A DNA stretch of 64,000 bases from Chloroflexota bacterium (GTDB lineage: Bacteria; Chloroflexota; Anaerolineae; J036; Brachytrichaceae): positions 3,969 through 67,968 of the forward strand of contig JANMNW010000674.1 in assembly GCA_031368515.1 (NCBI GenBank), given 5' to 3'. The translations under genes were made by a program, and so were the position numbers. The notes beneath the pieces are model-generated. The model was given only the letters and a program-made list of their open reading frames with translations, was not told the DNA's origin and ran no database searches. Positions within the stretch are counted from its first letter, which is position 1, and each line of letters starts with the position of its first letter. Shown here piece after piece: positions 36,189 to 44,422 of the stretch.

Positions 36189-38201
36189 ATGGGCACGTCC
36201 CAGGCTTGTCAAGGGGTTGTTGTGGCGTTTGATCTGATTGGAAAAACGCTCGGCCCATACCGCATTGACGCATTGCTCGGCGCTGGCGGCATGGCCGAGG
36301 TGTACAAAGCCTTTCAACCGAGCATGGACCGCATTGTCGCGCTCAAAGCGCTCCCGGCCGCGCTCAGCGCACAGCCGGAGTTTCGCGAGCGCTTTCGCCG
36401 CGAAGCAAAGCTGATCGCCCAGCTCAAGCACACGCACATTCTGCCGGTGTATGACTTCGGCGAAGCCGAAGGCCACGCCTACCTGGTCATGCCGCTGATG
36501 GAAAACGGCACGATCGCTTCGCGCGTGCGCGGCCGCCGCCTCCCGCTCGAAGACATCGTGCGCGTCGGCACGCAAATCGGCGACGCGCTCGATTACGCGC
36601 ACGAAAAAGGCATGGTGCATCGCGATGTCAAACCAGGCAACATCCTGCTCGACACGCGCGGCAATTGCCTGCTCAGCGACTTTGGCATCGCGCGGATGAC
36701 GGTCGACACGCTCACGCCGGATCAATCGCGCATGGGCACGCCTGCCTACATGTCGCCCGAACAAGCCGAAGGCGACAACATCGACGGCCGCTCCGATGTT
36801 TATTCGCTGGGCGTGGTGCTCTATGAACTGGCCACTGGGCGACGACCGTTTGACTCGTCCGACCCCAATGTGCTGATGTATCAGCACGCACACAATACGC
36901 CGCCTGCCCCGCGCAGCATCGATCCCACCCTTCCCGAGCAGCTGGAATGGGTCATCCTGCATGCGATGGCCAAACGCCCGGCCGACCGCTTCATCAATGG
37001 CGCTGAGCTTGGCCGGGCGCTGCGCCCGCTGATTATCAGCGAGCGCAGCGGTCCCGATGCCGCACGCCCGCGCATCGCCCCGGATTTGCCGGTCGCCAGC
37101 AAAGTTGCCGGGCCTGTGGCCTCGGATGCCGCAACTGCGCCGCGCCCCAACGCCGAAGCCCCGCCGCCCGCGCGGAATGCGCCGCTCAATACCGCGCTGC
37201 TGCCCGCAGGCGTGGCGCGCCCGGGTGCCGCGCGCCCGGCTTTCCAACCGGCGCCCTTCGCGCCACCGGCGCCGGCCAAAGCGCGTTGGCGCCTCCCCAG
37301 ATTCAGACGGATTTTCGCCATCGGACAGAGCGCACGGCCGTCGCCGGCAAGCTACGGATATGGCGGCGCGCACGAACGGTCCAGGCCGCTGTTCAACACG
37401 CTTTTTGCCGGGCTGGCCGGCGCGATTATTCTGGTGCTGCTGGCCAGCGCGGTCAGCAACTTCTTGCGCAGCATCAACGAGCAGGCTGCGGCCATCGCGC
37501 CGCCCACCGCCACCTATGCGGCTTTCGCCACAGCGTTGGCTGATGCGACAGAAACGCCGGCGCCGGCTGAGACTCCTGCGCAAGTGACAGTCGCCGCCGC
37601 AGCCGATGCCCCGGCTGTTGCAGTGACAATCGCGCCCGCGCAAGTCACCGAAACGCCTTTGAGCGCGCGGCCGCTTGCCGAGCCGGCGGCCTGCGCGCGC
37701 GCCAGCGCGCTGACGCTCGACCCCGGCCAGCTCCAGGGCGTCGGATGTCCATCGCAGGCATTGGTGCCGGCGCGGCGCGTGATGGTGCAGACATTCGAAC
37801 GCGGCATCATGGTGCTGTTTCTGCGCAACAACAGCGCGTTGAACGGCGGGGTCATCTACGCGCTCGCAAGCGATGGCCACGCCTGGCGCATCAGCGACAC
37901 CTGGGCCAGCGCTTCACGCAATCGCGACACTTGGTACTCGTGCCGCGCGGCGCCCGGGCAATCGCCCGCGCAATCCGGTGTGCCATGGCGCGGATTTGGG
38001 CGGGCATGGTGCAACGACCAGGCGCTGGCCTCTGCTTTGGGTGCGGCCGTCACGGAAGAATCGGATGCGCGAGCGGCTTTCCAGGCGCATGCCAACGGGC
38101 GCGTCTTTCGGCTGGACAACTGGCCCGGCGCGCCTGGCTTTGCGCCGGAGCGCATCTATGCCGTGGCCATGCTCGACAATCGCTCCGAGCAGTGGCGCTG
38201 A
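36189..38201 (+). CDS. Receptor-type Hanks Ser/Thr protein kinase (kinase, Pro/Ala-rich linker, TM helix, Cys-containing ectodomain)
   Basis: LGAGGMAEVYKA, VALK, HRDVKPGNILL, SDFGIA, GTPAYMSPEQ. TM helix LFAGLAGAIILVLLASAVSNFL. The ~230-aa C-terminal domain has 4 Cys. Confidence 0.9.
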   Translation: MGTSQACQGVVVAFDLIGKTLGPYRIDALLGAGGMAEVYKAFQPSMDRIVALKALPAALSAQPEFRERFRREAKLIAQLKHTHILPVYDFGEAEGHAYLVMPLMENGTIASRVRGRRLPLEDIVRVGTQIGDALDYAHEKGMVHRDVKPGNILLDTRGNCLLSDFGIARMTVDTLTPDQSRMGTPAYMSPEQAEGDNIDGRSDVYSLGVVLYELATGRRPFDSSDPNVLMYQHAHNTPPAPRSIDPTLPEQLEWVILHAMAKRPADRFINGAELGRALRPLIISERSGPDAARPRIAPDLPVASKVAGPVASDAATAPRPNAEAPPPARNAPLNTALLPAGVARPGAARPAFQPAPFAPPAPAKARWRLPRFRRIFAIGQSARPSPASYGYGGAHERSRPLFNTLFAGLAGAIILVLLASAVSNFLRSINEQAAAIAPPTATYAAFATALADATETPAPAETPAQVTVAAAADAPAVAVTIAPAQVTETPLSARPLAEPAACARASALTLDPGQLQGVGCPSQALVPARRVMVQTFERGIMVLFLRNNSALNGGVIYALASDGHAWRISDTWASASRNRDTWYSCRAAPGQSPAQSGVPWRGFGRAWCNDQALASALGAAVTEESDARAAFQAHANGRVFRLDNWPGAPGFAPERIYAVAMLDNRSEQWR

Positions 38202-38202
38202 A

Positions 38203-39642
38203 CTAGCGCCACAGGTCGAGCTGCGGCGGCGCGGTATCCGGAAACCAGCGCGCATAGATCTCGGCGTAGCTGCCATCGGCGATCATTTGCTGCAACGCAA
38301 GATTGACCGCGTCGCGCAGCGGCGATTGTCGCTGGGGCAGACCGATGGCCACAGTCGTGTCGCCGGCGCGATAGATCGGTGTTGAAAAATCGATCACCCG
38401 GTCAAGCGTCTGTGTGCGCGGCAGCCCGCCGATCACCAGATCGGCCGTCCCGGCGGCAAAAACTTGTGCCGCATCGCCAGCCAGCGGCAAAAACTCAACC
38501 GACTCCGCCGAACCCATCACGCGTGCGCCGATGGCGCGAGACAGCTCCACCTCAAACCCGCCCGGCAAATTGTTCTCTTCAAGCCGGGAAAAAGGCGGAT
38601 TGCTGGCAAAGGCCACGCGCAAACGATTGGCCGCGCGAGCTTGGGCCAAACGATCAACCGATTGCAGCGCGTCAGGCAGCTGCGCAAGCTGCAAGTCGAT
38701 CGGCCCCAGCAGGGGCGCCAGCGCCGAAGGATCGGGCGGCGCGCCAAACCATTGTTGATACAGGCGCGCATACGTGCCGTCCAACATCATGTTGCTCAGC
38801 GTGATGTTGACCAGGTCCGCCCACTCGGAATCGCCTGGCGGCAGCACAATGGCCACCGGTTCGCGCTTGAAGACGCTCAGGACAAACAGCGCGGGGTCCT
38901 GCGCCGCGCGCGTGCGCAAGCGGCGCCAGCGCCCGGCCATGCCATCCACATCGCCGTTGGCCAGCAGGCCGTATGCCTCGGCATAGGTGCTGGCCGCCTT
39001 GGTCGTCACTGTGACGCCATTGACGTTTTGCGCATCGCGCAGTGCAAAGGTGCTCGCGTCGTCAACGTAGACGATCGGCCGCCCGGCCAGCGACACAAAA
39101 TCCGAGAACGTCCCGGTGCGCACTAGCAACGCATCGCCGTCCTGCAGGTAGGGCATGCTGAAATCCGCTTCAAGCTCGGCGGCGCGGCTCTGCACAATGC
39201 CGCCCATGGCCAGATCGACCTCTCGCGCGCGCACTTTGCCCGGCGCCGAATTGCTGGTGACCTGAACAAACTCAACATTGCGATCGCTGCCCAGCCAGCG
39301 CCGCGCAAACTGCCGCGCCAAATCCACGTCAAAGCCTTCGAGCTCGCCACGGTCGTTTACCCGCGACAGCGGCGGGGCATCAAAGCGAATGCCGACGCGA
39401 ATGCGGCTGCGCAGCTTGACCAGCGCCGCGGTTGAATAATCCGGCGGCGGCGGCGTCACCGAGGCTTCGATCGTCACCGGGTCGGCCGTGGCCACCACGC
39501 GCGCAATCGAATCGACATTGACGTAGCGCTGCACGGTGTCCAGCGAAAGCGAGCTGCACGCGGTCATAGCCAGCGTCAGCAACGCCGCCAGCGCGCGCCG
39601 CGCCGCGCCGATGCCTGTAGCTTTGCCCACGGTCTCACTCAC
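38203..39642 (-). CDS. Lipoprotein with two tandem family-3 (amino-acid type) solute-binding domains
   Basis: Lipobox LTLAMTACSS. Two repeats of the SBP_bac_3-like pattern: IRVGIRFDAPPLS...GFDVDLAR and LRVAFASNPPFS...GFEVELSR. Confidence 0.8.
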   Translation of the reverse strand: MSETVGKATGIGAARRALAALLTLAMTACSSLSLDTVQRYVNVDSIARVVATADPVTIEASVTPPPPDYSTAALVKLRSRIRVGIRFDAPPLSRVNDRGELEGFDVDLARQFARRWLGSDRNVEFVQVTSNSAPGKVRAREVDLAMGGIVQSRAAELEADFSMPYLQDGDALLVRTGTFSDFVSLAGRPIVYVDDASTFALRDAQNVNGVTVTTKAASTYAEAYGLLANGDVDGMAGRWRRLRTRAAQDPALFVLSVFKREPVAIVLPPGDSEWADLVNITLSNMMLDGTYARLYQQWFGAPPDPSALAPLLGPIDLQLAQLPDALQSVDRLAQARAANRLRVAFASNPPFSRLEENNLPGGFEVELSRAIGARVMGSAESVEFLPLAGDAAQVFAAGTADLVIGGLPRTQTLDRVIDFSTPIYRAGDTTVAIGLPQRQSPLRDAVNLALQQMIADGSYAEIYARWFPDTAPPQLDLWR

Positions 39643-39985
39643 CGATAAACTCGACGGTCTGGCCTGAAGGCAGGCGCAGCACCGTCACACGCTGAGTCAT
39701 GCCAAGCTCTTCCTGGTCCAGCTCAATTGTCTGATCCGCCTCGCGCAAGGCGGCAGTGATCTTTTCCAGATTCGGCACATGCAGCCCAAACTGAACGGTG
39801 CCATCCAGAGCCGCATCGGCGCCGACTGCGCGCTGCAGCACAAGCTGCGCGCCGCGCGTGCTGAACACGACGATGTTTGCATCCTCGTAGGAAATTGGCA
39901 CTTGCAGCACATTGGCAAAGACATCGCGATTGGCCGCAAAGTCCTTGGACCAGATGGACACGTAGCTGACTTGTAGCTCGGACAT
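39635..39985 (-). CDS. VOC/glyoxalase-family small protein
   Basis: 116 aa with a beta-alpha-beta-beta-beta-like pattern (VSYVSIWSKDFAANRDVF...). ATG at 39985 lies within the longer ORF. Confidence 0.6.
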   Translation of the reverse strand: MSELQVSYVSIWSKDFAANRDVFANVLQVPISYEDANIVVFSTRGAQLVLQRAVGADAALDGTVQFGLHVPNLEKITAALREADQTIELDQEELGMTQRVTVLRLPSGQTVEFIGE

Positions 39986-39992
39986 GCTTTGA

Positions 39993-41291
39993 TTATCCCG
40001 CGTCGCGCGTCTCTTCATAGACGGCGAGCAGTTTATCTGTCACGCGTTGCCAGCTGAAGTCTTCGGCATAGCACGAAGCGCTGTGCCCCATGCGGCGGCG
40101 CAGCGCCACGTTGTCGAGCAAACGCTCGATCGCGCGGGCCAGCGCTTCGGTGTCGCTGACCTTGACCCGGATGCCGGTCTTGTTGTGCTGCACCAGCTCG
40201 TGCAGGCCGCCCACGTCCGACACCACCACAGGCGTGCCGCACGCCATGGCCTCAAGCGCCACCATGCCAAACGATTCGTAATGCGAGGGCATCACCAGCA
40301 TCTCCGCGGCCGAGTAATAGTACTGCAACGAGTCTTGATCCCGCGCGCCGATAAAGGCGATCAAGTCATTGAGGCCCAGGTCATCGCGAAGCGCGTGCAA
40401 GCGGGCCATTTCCTGGTTGTCGCGCAGCCCGCGCTCGCTGGGGTCGCCGCCGATGACCGTGACGCACAAGTTGCGCCAATCCATGTCGGCGCGGCGCTGT
40501 TTGAGCAACGCCATGGCGCGAAAGAGCGTGTCGACGCCTTTCAGGCGCTCGATGCGGCCGGCAAACAGGATCATGCGATGCTGCGGCGGCACGCCAATTA
40601 CTGCTTTGGCGTAGCTTTGCTCGATCGGCATGAATCGCGACAGGTCGGCGCCGGGCGGCACGATGCGAATTTTGGACGAGCCTGCGCCATACAAATGCAC
40701 CAGCTGGTCCTTCTCCACTTTGGTCGACGCGGTCAATCGATCGGCGGCATAGCACAAATGACATTCCTGGCTCAGGCGCAGATCGGTTTCGGCGTCTTCC
40801 GCCCGCTGCGCGATCTGATTCTTCATCTCGGCCAGCGTGTGAAAGGTCATTACAAAACGCGTGCCCCAGCATTTGCGCAGCGATTCCGCCACCAGCCCGG
40901 AGAGCCAGTAATTGGCGTGAATCAAGTCGTAGCGGCCAAGCGCGTGCAGATGCGAATCAGCGTGCGCGGCGCCGCCGCCCTGCTCTTGTTCGGCAAACTG
41001 GCACATCCATTCGGCGAACGCCGGCACGTATTGAAAAAGATCGTCTTTGGCGACCGGCGCTTCCGGCCCGGCCGGCACGTGAATGACGCGCACGCCCGGC
41101 GCGAGCCGCGGATCGATGCGCAGCGACTGCGTTCCCTGGCTGCGCGTAAACACATCAACGGCAATGCCGCGATGCGCAAGCTCGCGCGCGATCTCGCGCA
41201 CATACACATTCATGCCGCCAGTGTCTTTGCCGCCCAGCGTCGCCAAAGGCGAAGTGTGAAAGCTGATGAGGGCCACGCGCTTGAGTGTCAT
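39993..41291 (-). CDS. GT4 glycosyltransferase, MshA-like (D-inositol-3-phosphate glycosyltransferase family)
   Basis: VALISFHTSPLATLGGKDTGGMNVYVREIA is close to the MshA N-terminus. YDLIHANYWLSG. C-terminal PSHYESFGMVALEAMACGTPVV. TAATG stop/start overlap with the upstream ADH. Confidence 0.85.
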   Translation of the reverse strand: MTLKRVALISFHTSPLATLGGKDTGGMNVYVREIARELAHRGIAVDVFTRSQGTQSLRIDPRLAPGVRVIHVPAGPEAPVAKDDLFQYVPAFAEWMCQFAEQEQGGGAAHADSHLHALGRYDLIHANYWLSGLVAESLRKCWGTRFVMTFHTLAEMKNQIAQRAEDAETDLRLSQECHLCYAADRLTASTKVEKDQLVHLYGAGSSKIRIVPPGADLSRFMPIEQSYAKAVIGVPPQHRMILFAGRIERLKGVDTLFRAMALLKQRRADMDWRNLCVTVIGGDPSERGLRDNQEMARLHALRDDLGLNDLIAFIGARDQDSLQYYYSAAEMLVMPSHYESFGMVALEAMACGTPVVVSDVGGLHELVQHNKTGIRVKVSDTEALARAIERLLDNVALRRRMGHSASCYAEDFSWQRVTDKLLAVYEETRDAG

Positions 41292-42463
41292 TAGAAATCC
41301 ACCGTTTCGCCCGAATAAACGCACATGAAAAGCTTGCGCAAGTCCTCGTCGTCGGGCTGGCGCGGCGAGGTGAAGACCATGGTGTCGCTCAGGGTCAAAT
41401 CGAGCAGCCGCGGCAATGCATGCGCGTATGTCGCCTCGTTCACGCCGGCATCGGCCAAATTCACGGGCAGGCCAACTGCGCGCGCCAGTGCGCGCACACG
41501 GCCGGCGAGCCCGCGGCAGGCGCCCGGATCATCAGGTGCGGCACCGCCCAAAAACCGCGCGATGTCGATGCACCGCGTGCCGCCATCCGCGCGCGCATAA
41601 TATTCCAGAACACAAGGCAGGCACATGCCGACAACGCGGCCATGCGGCAGGCTGAGCGCCGCGCCCAGCGCGTGTCCCATGGCGTGCGCCAAGCCGACCA
41701 TCGAGTTGATGTATCCCAGGCCGGAAATCGAGGCGGCATTGGCCATGCGCTCGCCCGCTTCGCGATCGCCTGGATCGGCGACCGTGCGTGGCAGATGCTC
41801 AAACACCAGCTTGGTCGCAACCAGGCACAAGCCGTCTGTGTAGTCATTGGACCAGTTCGAAAGATAGCCCTCAATCGCTTGCGTCAACGCATCCATGCCC
41901 GAGTCGGCGCGCAGTTCGGGCGGCATGCTCGCGCTCATGACCGGGTCGACGATGGCGTAGTCCGGCACGGCCGATGGGTGGCCGCTGCTGAACTTGCGCT
42001 TCGCGCCGTCCTCTTCAAAGGTCACCTCAAACGCCCAGGTGGCCTCGCTGCCCGAACCGGCGGTTGTGGGAACGGCAATCAGGCGGGCGCGTTCGCGCAG
42101 CGTAATCGGCTCCAGCGGATTAACCTGCTCCAAATCCAAATCCGGGTTTTCATACAGCACCCACATGGCCTTGGCCGCGTCCAGCACGCTGCCGCCACCG
42201 ACGGCGACGATCCAATCGGGCCCGATGGCGTTCATCATGTCGGCGCCGGCTTCGATGGCGTCAAGCAGCGGCTCGGACTCGACCGCATCGTATGTGTCGA
42301 TCTGCATGCCGGCGCGCTCAAGCTGGATGAGCACGGGCGCGATCAGGCGCTGGGCATTCAGCGTCTTGTCCGTGACAACAAACGCCTTCTTGCCCCGCAA
42401 CTCGCGGATGTGCAGCAGCGCGTCTTCGCCAAACACGATCGTGGGTGAGCGAAAGAACCACAT
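41291..42463 (-). CDS. Iron-containing (group III) alcohol dehydrogenase
   Basis: AFVVTDK, GGGSVLDAAKA, and the metal-His region GLAHAMGHALG. Confidence 0.85.
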   Translation of the reverse strand: MWFFRSPTIVFGEDALLHIRELRGKKAFVVTDKTLNAQRLIAPVLIQLERAGMQIDTYDAVESEPLLDAIEAGADMMNAIGPDWIVAVGGGSVLDAAKAMWVLYENPDLDLEQVNPLEPITLRERARLIAVPTTAGSGSEATWAFEVTFEEDGAKRKFSSGHPSAVPDYAIVDPVMSASMPPELRADSGMDALTQAIEGYLSNWSNDYTDGLCLVATKLVFEHLPRTVADPGDREAGERMANAASISGLGYINSMVGLAHAMGHALGAALSLPHGRVVGMCLPCVLEYYARADGGTRCIDIARFLGGAAPDDPGACRGLAGRVRALARAVGLPVNLADAGVNEATYAHALPRLLDLTLSDTMVFTSPRQPDDEDLRKLFMCVYSGETVDF

Positions 42464-42485
42464 GGATAGGTATTGTACCGGCGCG

Positions 42486-43316
42486 CTATGCCGGCCGCTC
42501 GATGATCATCCCAAACGACGTGGTGACATACCCGGCCAACAGCAACTTGAGATGCGGCAGCTTGAATGGCTCCGTATCGATGAGTCGGTCGGCCGGCAAG
42601 CCTCCATCGCGCAAATCCAGCGTCACGCGCATGCCAGCTTGGCGCAGGCGGCGCGCCAGCTCGCGTATGTCGCGACGCCGGTAGATGACCGCGACGCCGT
42701 CCATCAGTGTTCGGGTGTTCGATACAACATTGATCTCGGTGGTATGCACGGCGACGCCGCCAGGCGCAAGGTGGCGTAGCGCGTTCATCACAAAAGACAT
42801 GCCGGCTTCAAGGCTGCCAAGGTGCTCCATCGAGCACGATGACCAGATAAAGTCATACACGCCCAGATCCTCGGGAAGCGCGCGCATGTCTATGGATCGG
42901 AATCGCACGCGCTGATCAAACAGTTCCGGCGCGCATAACCCGCGCGAATTGATGTTGGCAAGTGAACTGGCATGTTGCGCGGTGTCAATCCACATTGCCG
43001 CATCCTTGGCATCAGCGCCAAGGTCGGTGGCCAGAATTTCGCAGCCGCGGGCGGCAAACAACGATGGCATCGGCTCCTGGCCAACCGCGAAGCCCAGACC
43101 GCGTTTGCCAAGGCTTAGCATGCCGCGCTCATGCAGCGCCTGGGCTATGAATGCGAACTCCCACAGCTTGCGATGCAAGGCGTCAGGCGATTCGTTCATC
43201 GCCCGCACCCATTGTTGAAACTCGGGTGACAGCAGCTGAGCCTGCGTGCACAGGCATGATTTCAAGGGCAATCGCGGTGCCACTCGGATTTTGTTAAACG
43301 GCAACCATAGATTCAT
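42486..43316 (-). CDS. Class I SAM-dependent methyltransferase
   Basis: GLGFAVGQEP (motif I-like), YDFIWSSCSMEHL, LAPGGVAVHTTE. ATG at 43316 lies within the longer ORF. Confidence 0.6.
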   Translation of the reverse strand: MNLWLPFNKIRVAPRLPLKSCLCTQAQLLSPEFQQWVRAMNESPDALHRKLWEFAFIAQALHERGMLSLGKRGLGFAVGQEPMPSLFAARGCEILATDLGADAKDAAMWIDTAQHASSLANINSRGLCAPELFDQRVRFRSIDMRALPEDLGVYDFIWSSCSMEHLGSLEAGMSFVMNALRHLAPGGVAVHTTEINVVSNTRTLMDGVAVIYRRRDIRELARRLRQAGMRVTLDLRDGGLPADRLIDTEPFKLPHLKLLLAGYVTTSFGMIIERPA

Positions 43317-43347
43317 GTCAGCCTCCAAGATAACGTGATGACGACAA

Positions 43348-43674
43348 TCAGCCCAACAGAGCCTGCAACAGCCACAGCGCCAGCATCCCGCCAATGATCG
43401 TCGCCAGTACATTGCGTGTTTTAACCGCCACGGCCATGGCCACAAGTCCGGCCAGCAGTCGCGGATTGAGCGGCGACAGGTTCAGCACGCCCGCCCGCAC
43501 CACCAGCTCGGGCAGAATAATCGCCGAGAGCGCCGCAATCGGCACAAAGCGCAAGCCACGCCGCAGCCAGTCCGGAACGCTCAAGCGTTCGAACAGCACG
43601 ATAAACGACAACCGATACGCAAACGTCACCGAGCCGATCACCAGGATGGCCGACCACACTCCGAAGGCGCTCAT
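43348..43674 (-). CDS. azlD: AzlD-family branched-chain amino acid transport protein
   Basis: About 108 aa with 3-4 TM helices (AILVIGSVTFAYRLSFIVLF). ATGA overlap with the azlC stop. Confidence 0.75.
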   Translation of the reverse strand: MSAFGVWSAILVIGSVTFAYRLSFIVLFERLSVPDWLRRGLRFVPIAALSAIILPELVVRAGVLNLSPLNPRLLAGLVAMAVAVKTRNVLATIIGGMLALWLLQALLG

Positions 43675-44384
43675 GAGCGCCCCTTGCAATCAAGCAGCAT
43701 GCCCACGGCGATGCCTGCGAGCGTCGCCGCAACCAGGCTGAGCTTGAAAGGCAGATTGAACGCCAGCACGGACAACAAGCCGGCCGTCAGCGCTGCGCCA
43801 AGGGCGGCGCGATCGCGCAGGTTGGGCAGCACAATCGCCGTAAACGTGAGAGGCACAGCAAAGTCGAGCGACCAGCTTTCAGGAATGCGCCCGCCGACAA
43901 AGACGCCGACGGCGGTGCTGACGTGCCACACCAGCCACAGCGCCGAGCCGGCGCCAAAAAAGTACCAATGCTTGGCCAACTTTTCGAGCGGCGCCTGCGC
44001 GCCCAGCGCGTCGAAATGTCCGATGACCACCGCATAGGCTTCGTCGGTCAAAAGATACGCCAGCAGCCATTTCCAGCCTCGGCTGAACTGCTGCATATAC
44101 GGCGCGATTGAGGCGCTATAGAGCATGTGCCGTAAGTTGAGAAGAACCCCAGTCAGTACCAGCGTCAACCATGGCGCCCCGTCGCCAAACAAGCGCGCAA
44201 AAACGAGCTGCGCCGAACCGGCAAAGATGAGCGTGCTCGTCGCCTGTGCAGCGATCGGCTGCAGATGAGCGGTGTTGACCGTAACGCCAAAGATCAGTCC
44301 AAAGGGCGCCGCGCCCAAAAGCAGCGGCGCAACATGGACCGCGCCACGCAGCAGTTCGCGCAAGCGCGGTGAAGTCTCTCTCAT
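43671..44384 (-). CDS. azlC: AzlC-family branched-chain amino acid permease
   Basis: Polytopic (APLLLGAAPFGLIFG, IFAGSAQL) and paired with azlD. Confidence 0.8.
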   Translation of the reverse strand: MRETSPRLRELLRGAVHVAPLLLGAAPFGLIFGVTVNTAHLQPIAAQATSTLIFAGSAQLVFARLFGDGAPWLTLVLTGVLLNLRHMLYSASIAPYMQQFSRGWKWLLAYLLTDEAYAVVIGHFDALGAQAPLEKLAKHWYFFGAGSALWLVWHVSTAVGVFVGGRIPESWSLDFAVPLTFTAIVLPNLRDRAALGAALTAGLLSVLAFNLPFKLSLVAATLAGIAVGMLLDCKGRS

Positions 44385-44422
44385 GGGTTCTGAATCTAAA
44401 GTGCTGAGTGCTGAAAAGTCTA

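Noticed and set aside
36129-37880. 583-aa ORF antisense to the Ser/Thr kinase gene
   Set aside because: It has the same shadow-ORF character (RRR/GRR-rich). The plus-strand frame carries every Hanks kinase motif.
40047-42448. Two long plus-strand ORFs (40047-41294 and 41285-42448), antisense to the MshA-like GT and the Fe-ADH
   Set aside because: They are low-complexity Arg/His/Ala-rich translations, while the opposite frames have strong family signatures and a TAATG coupling.
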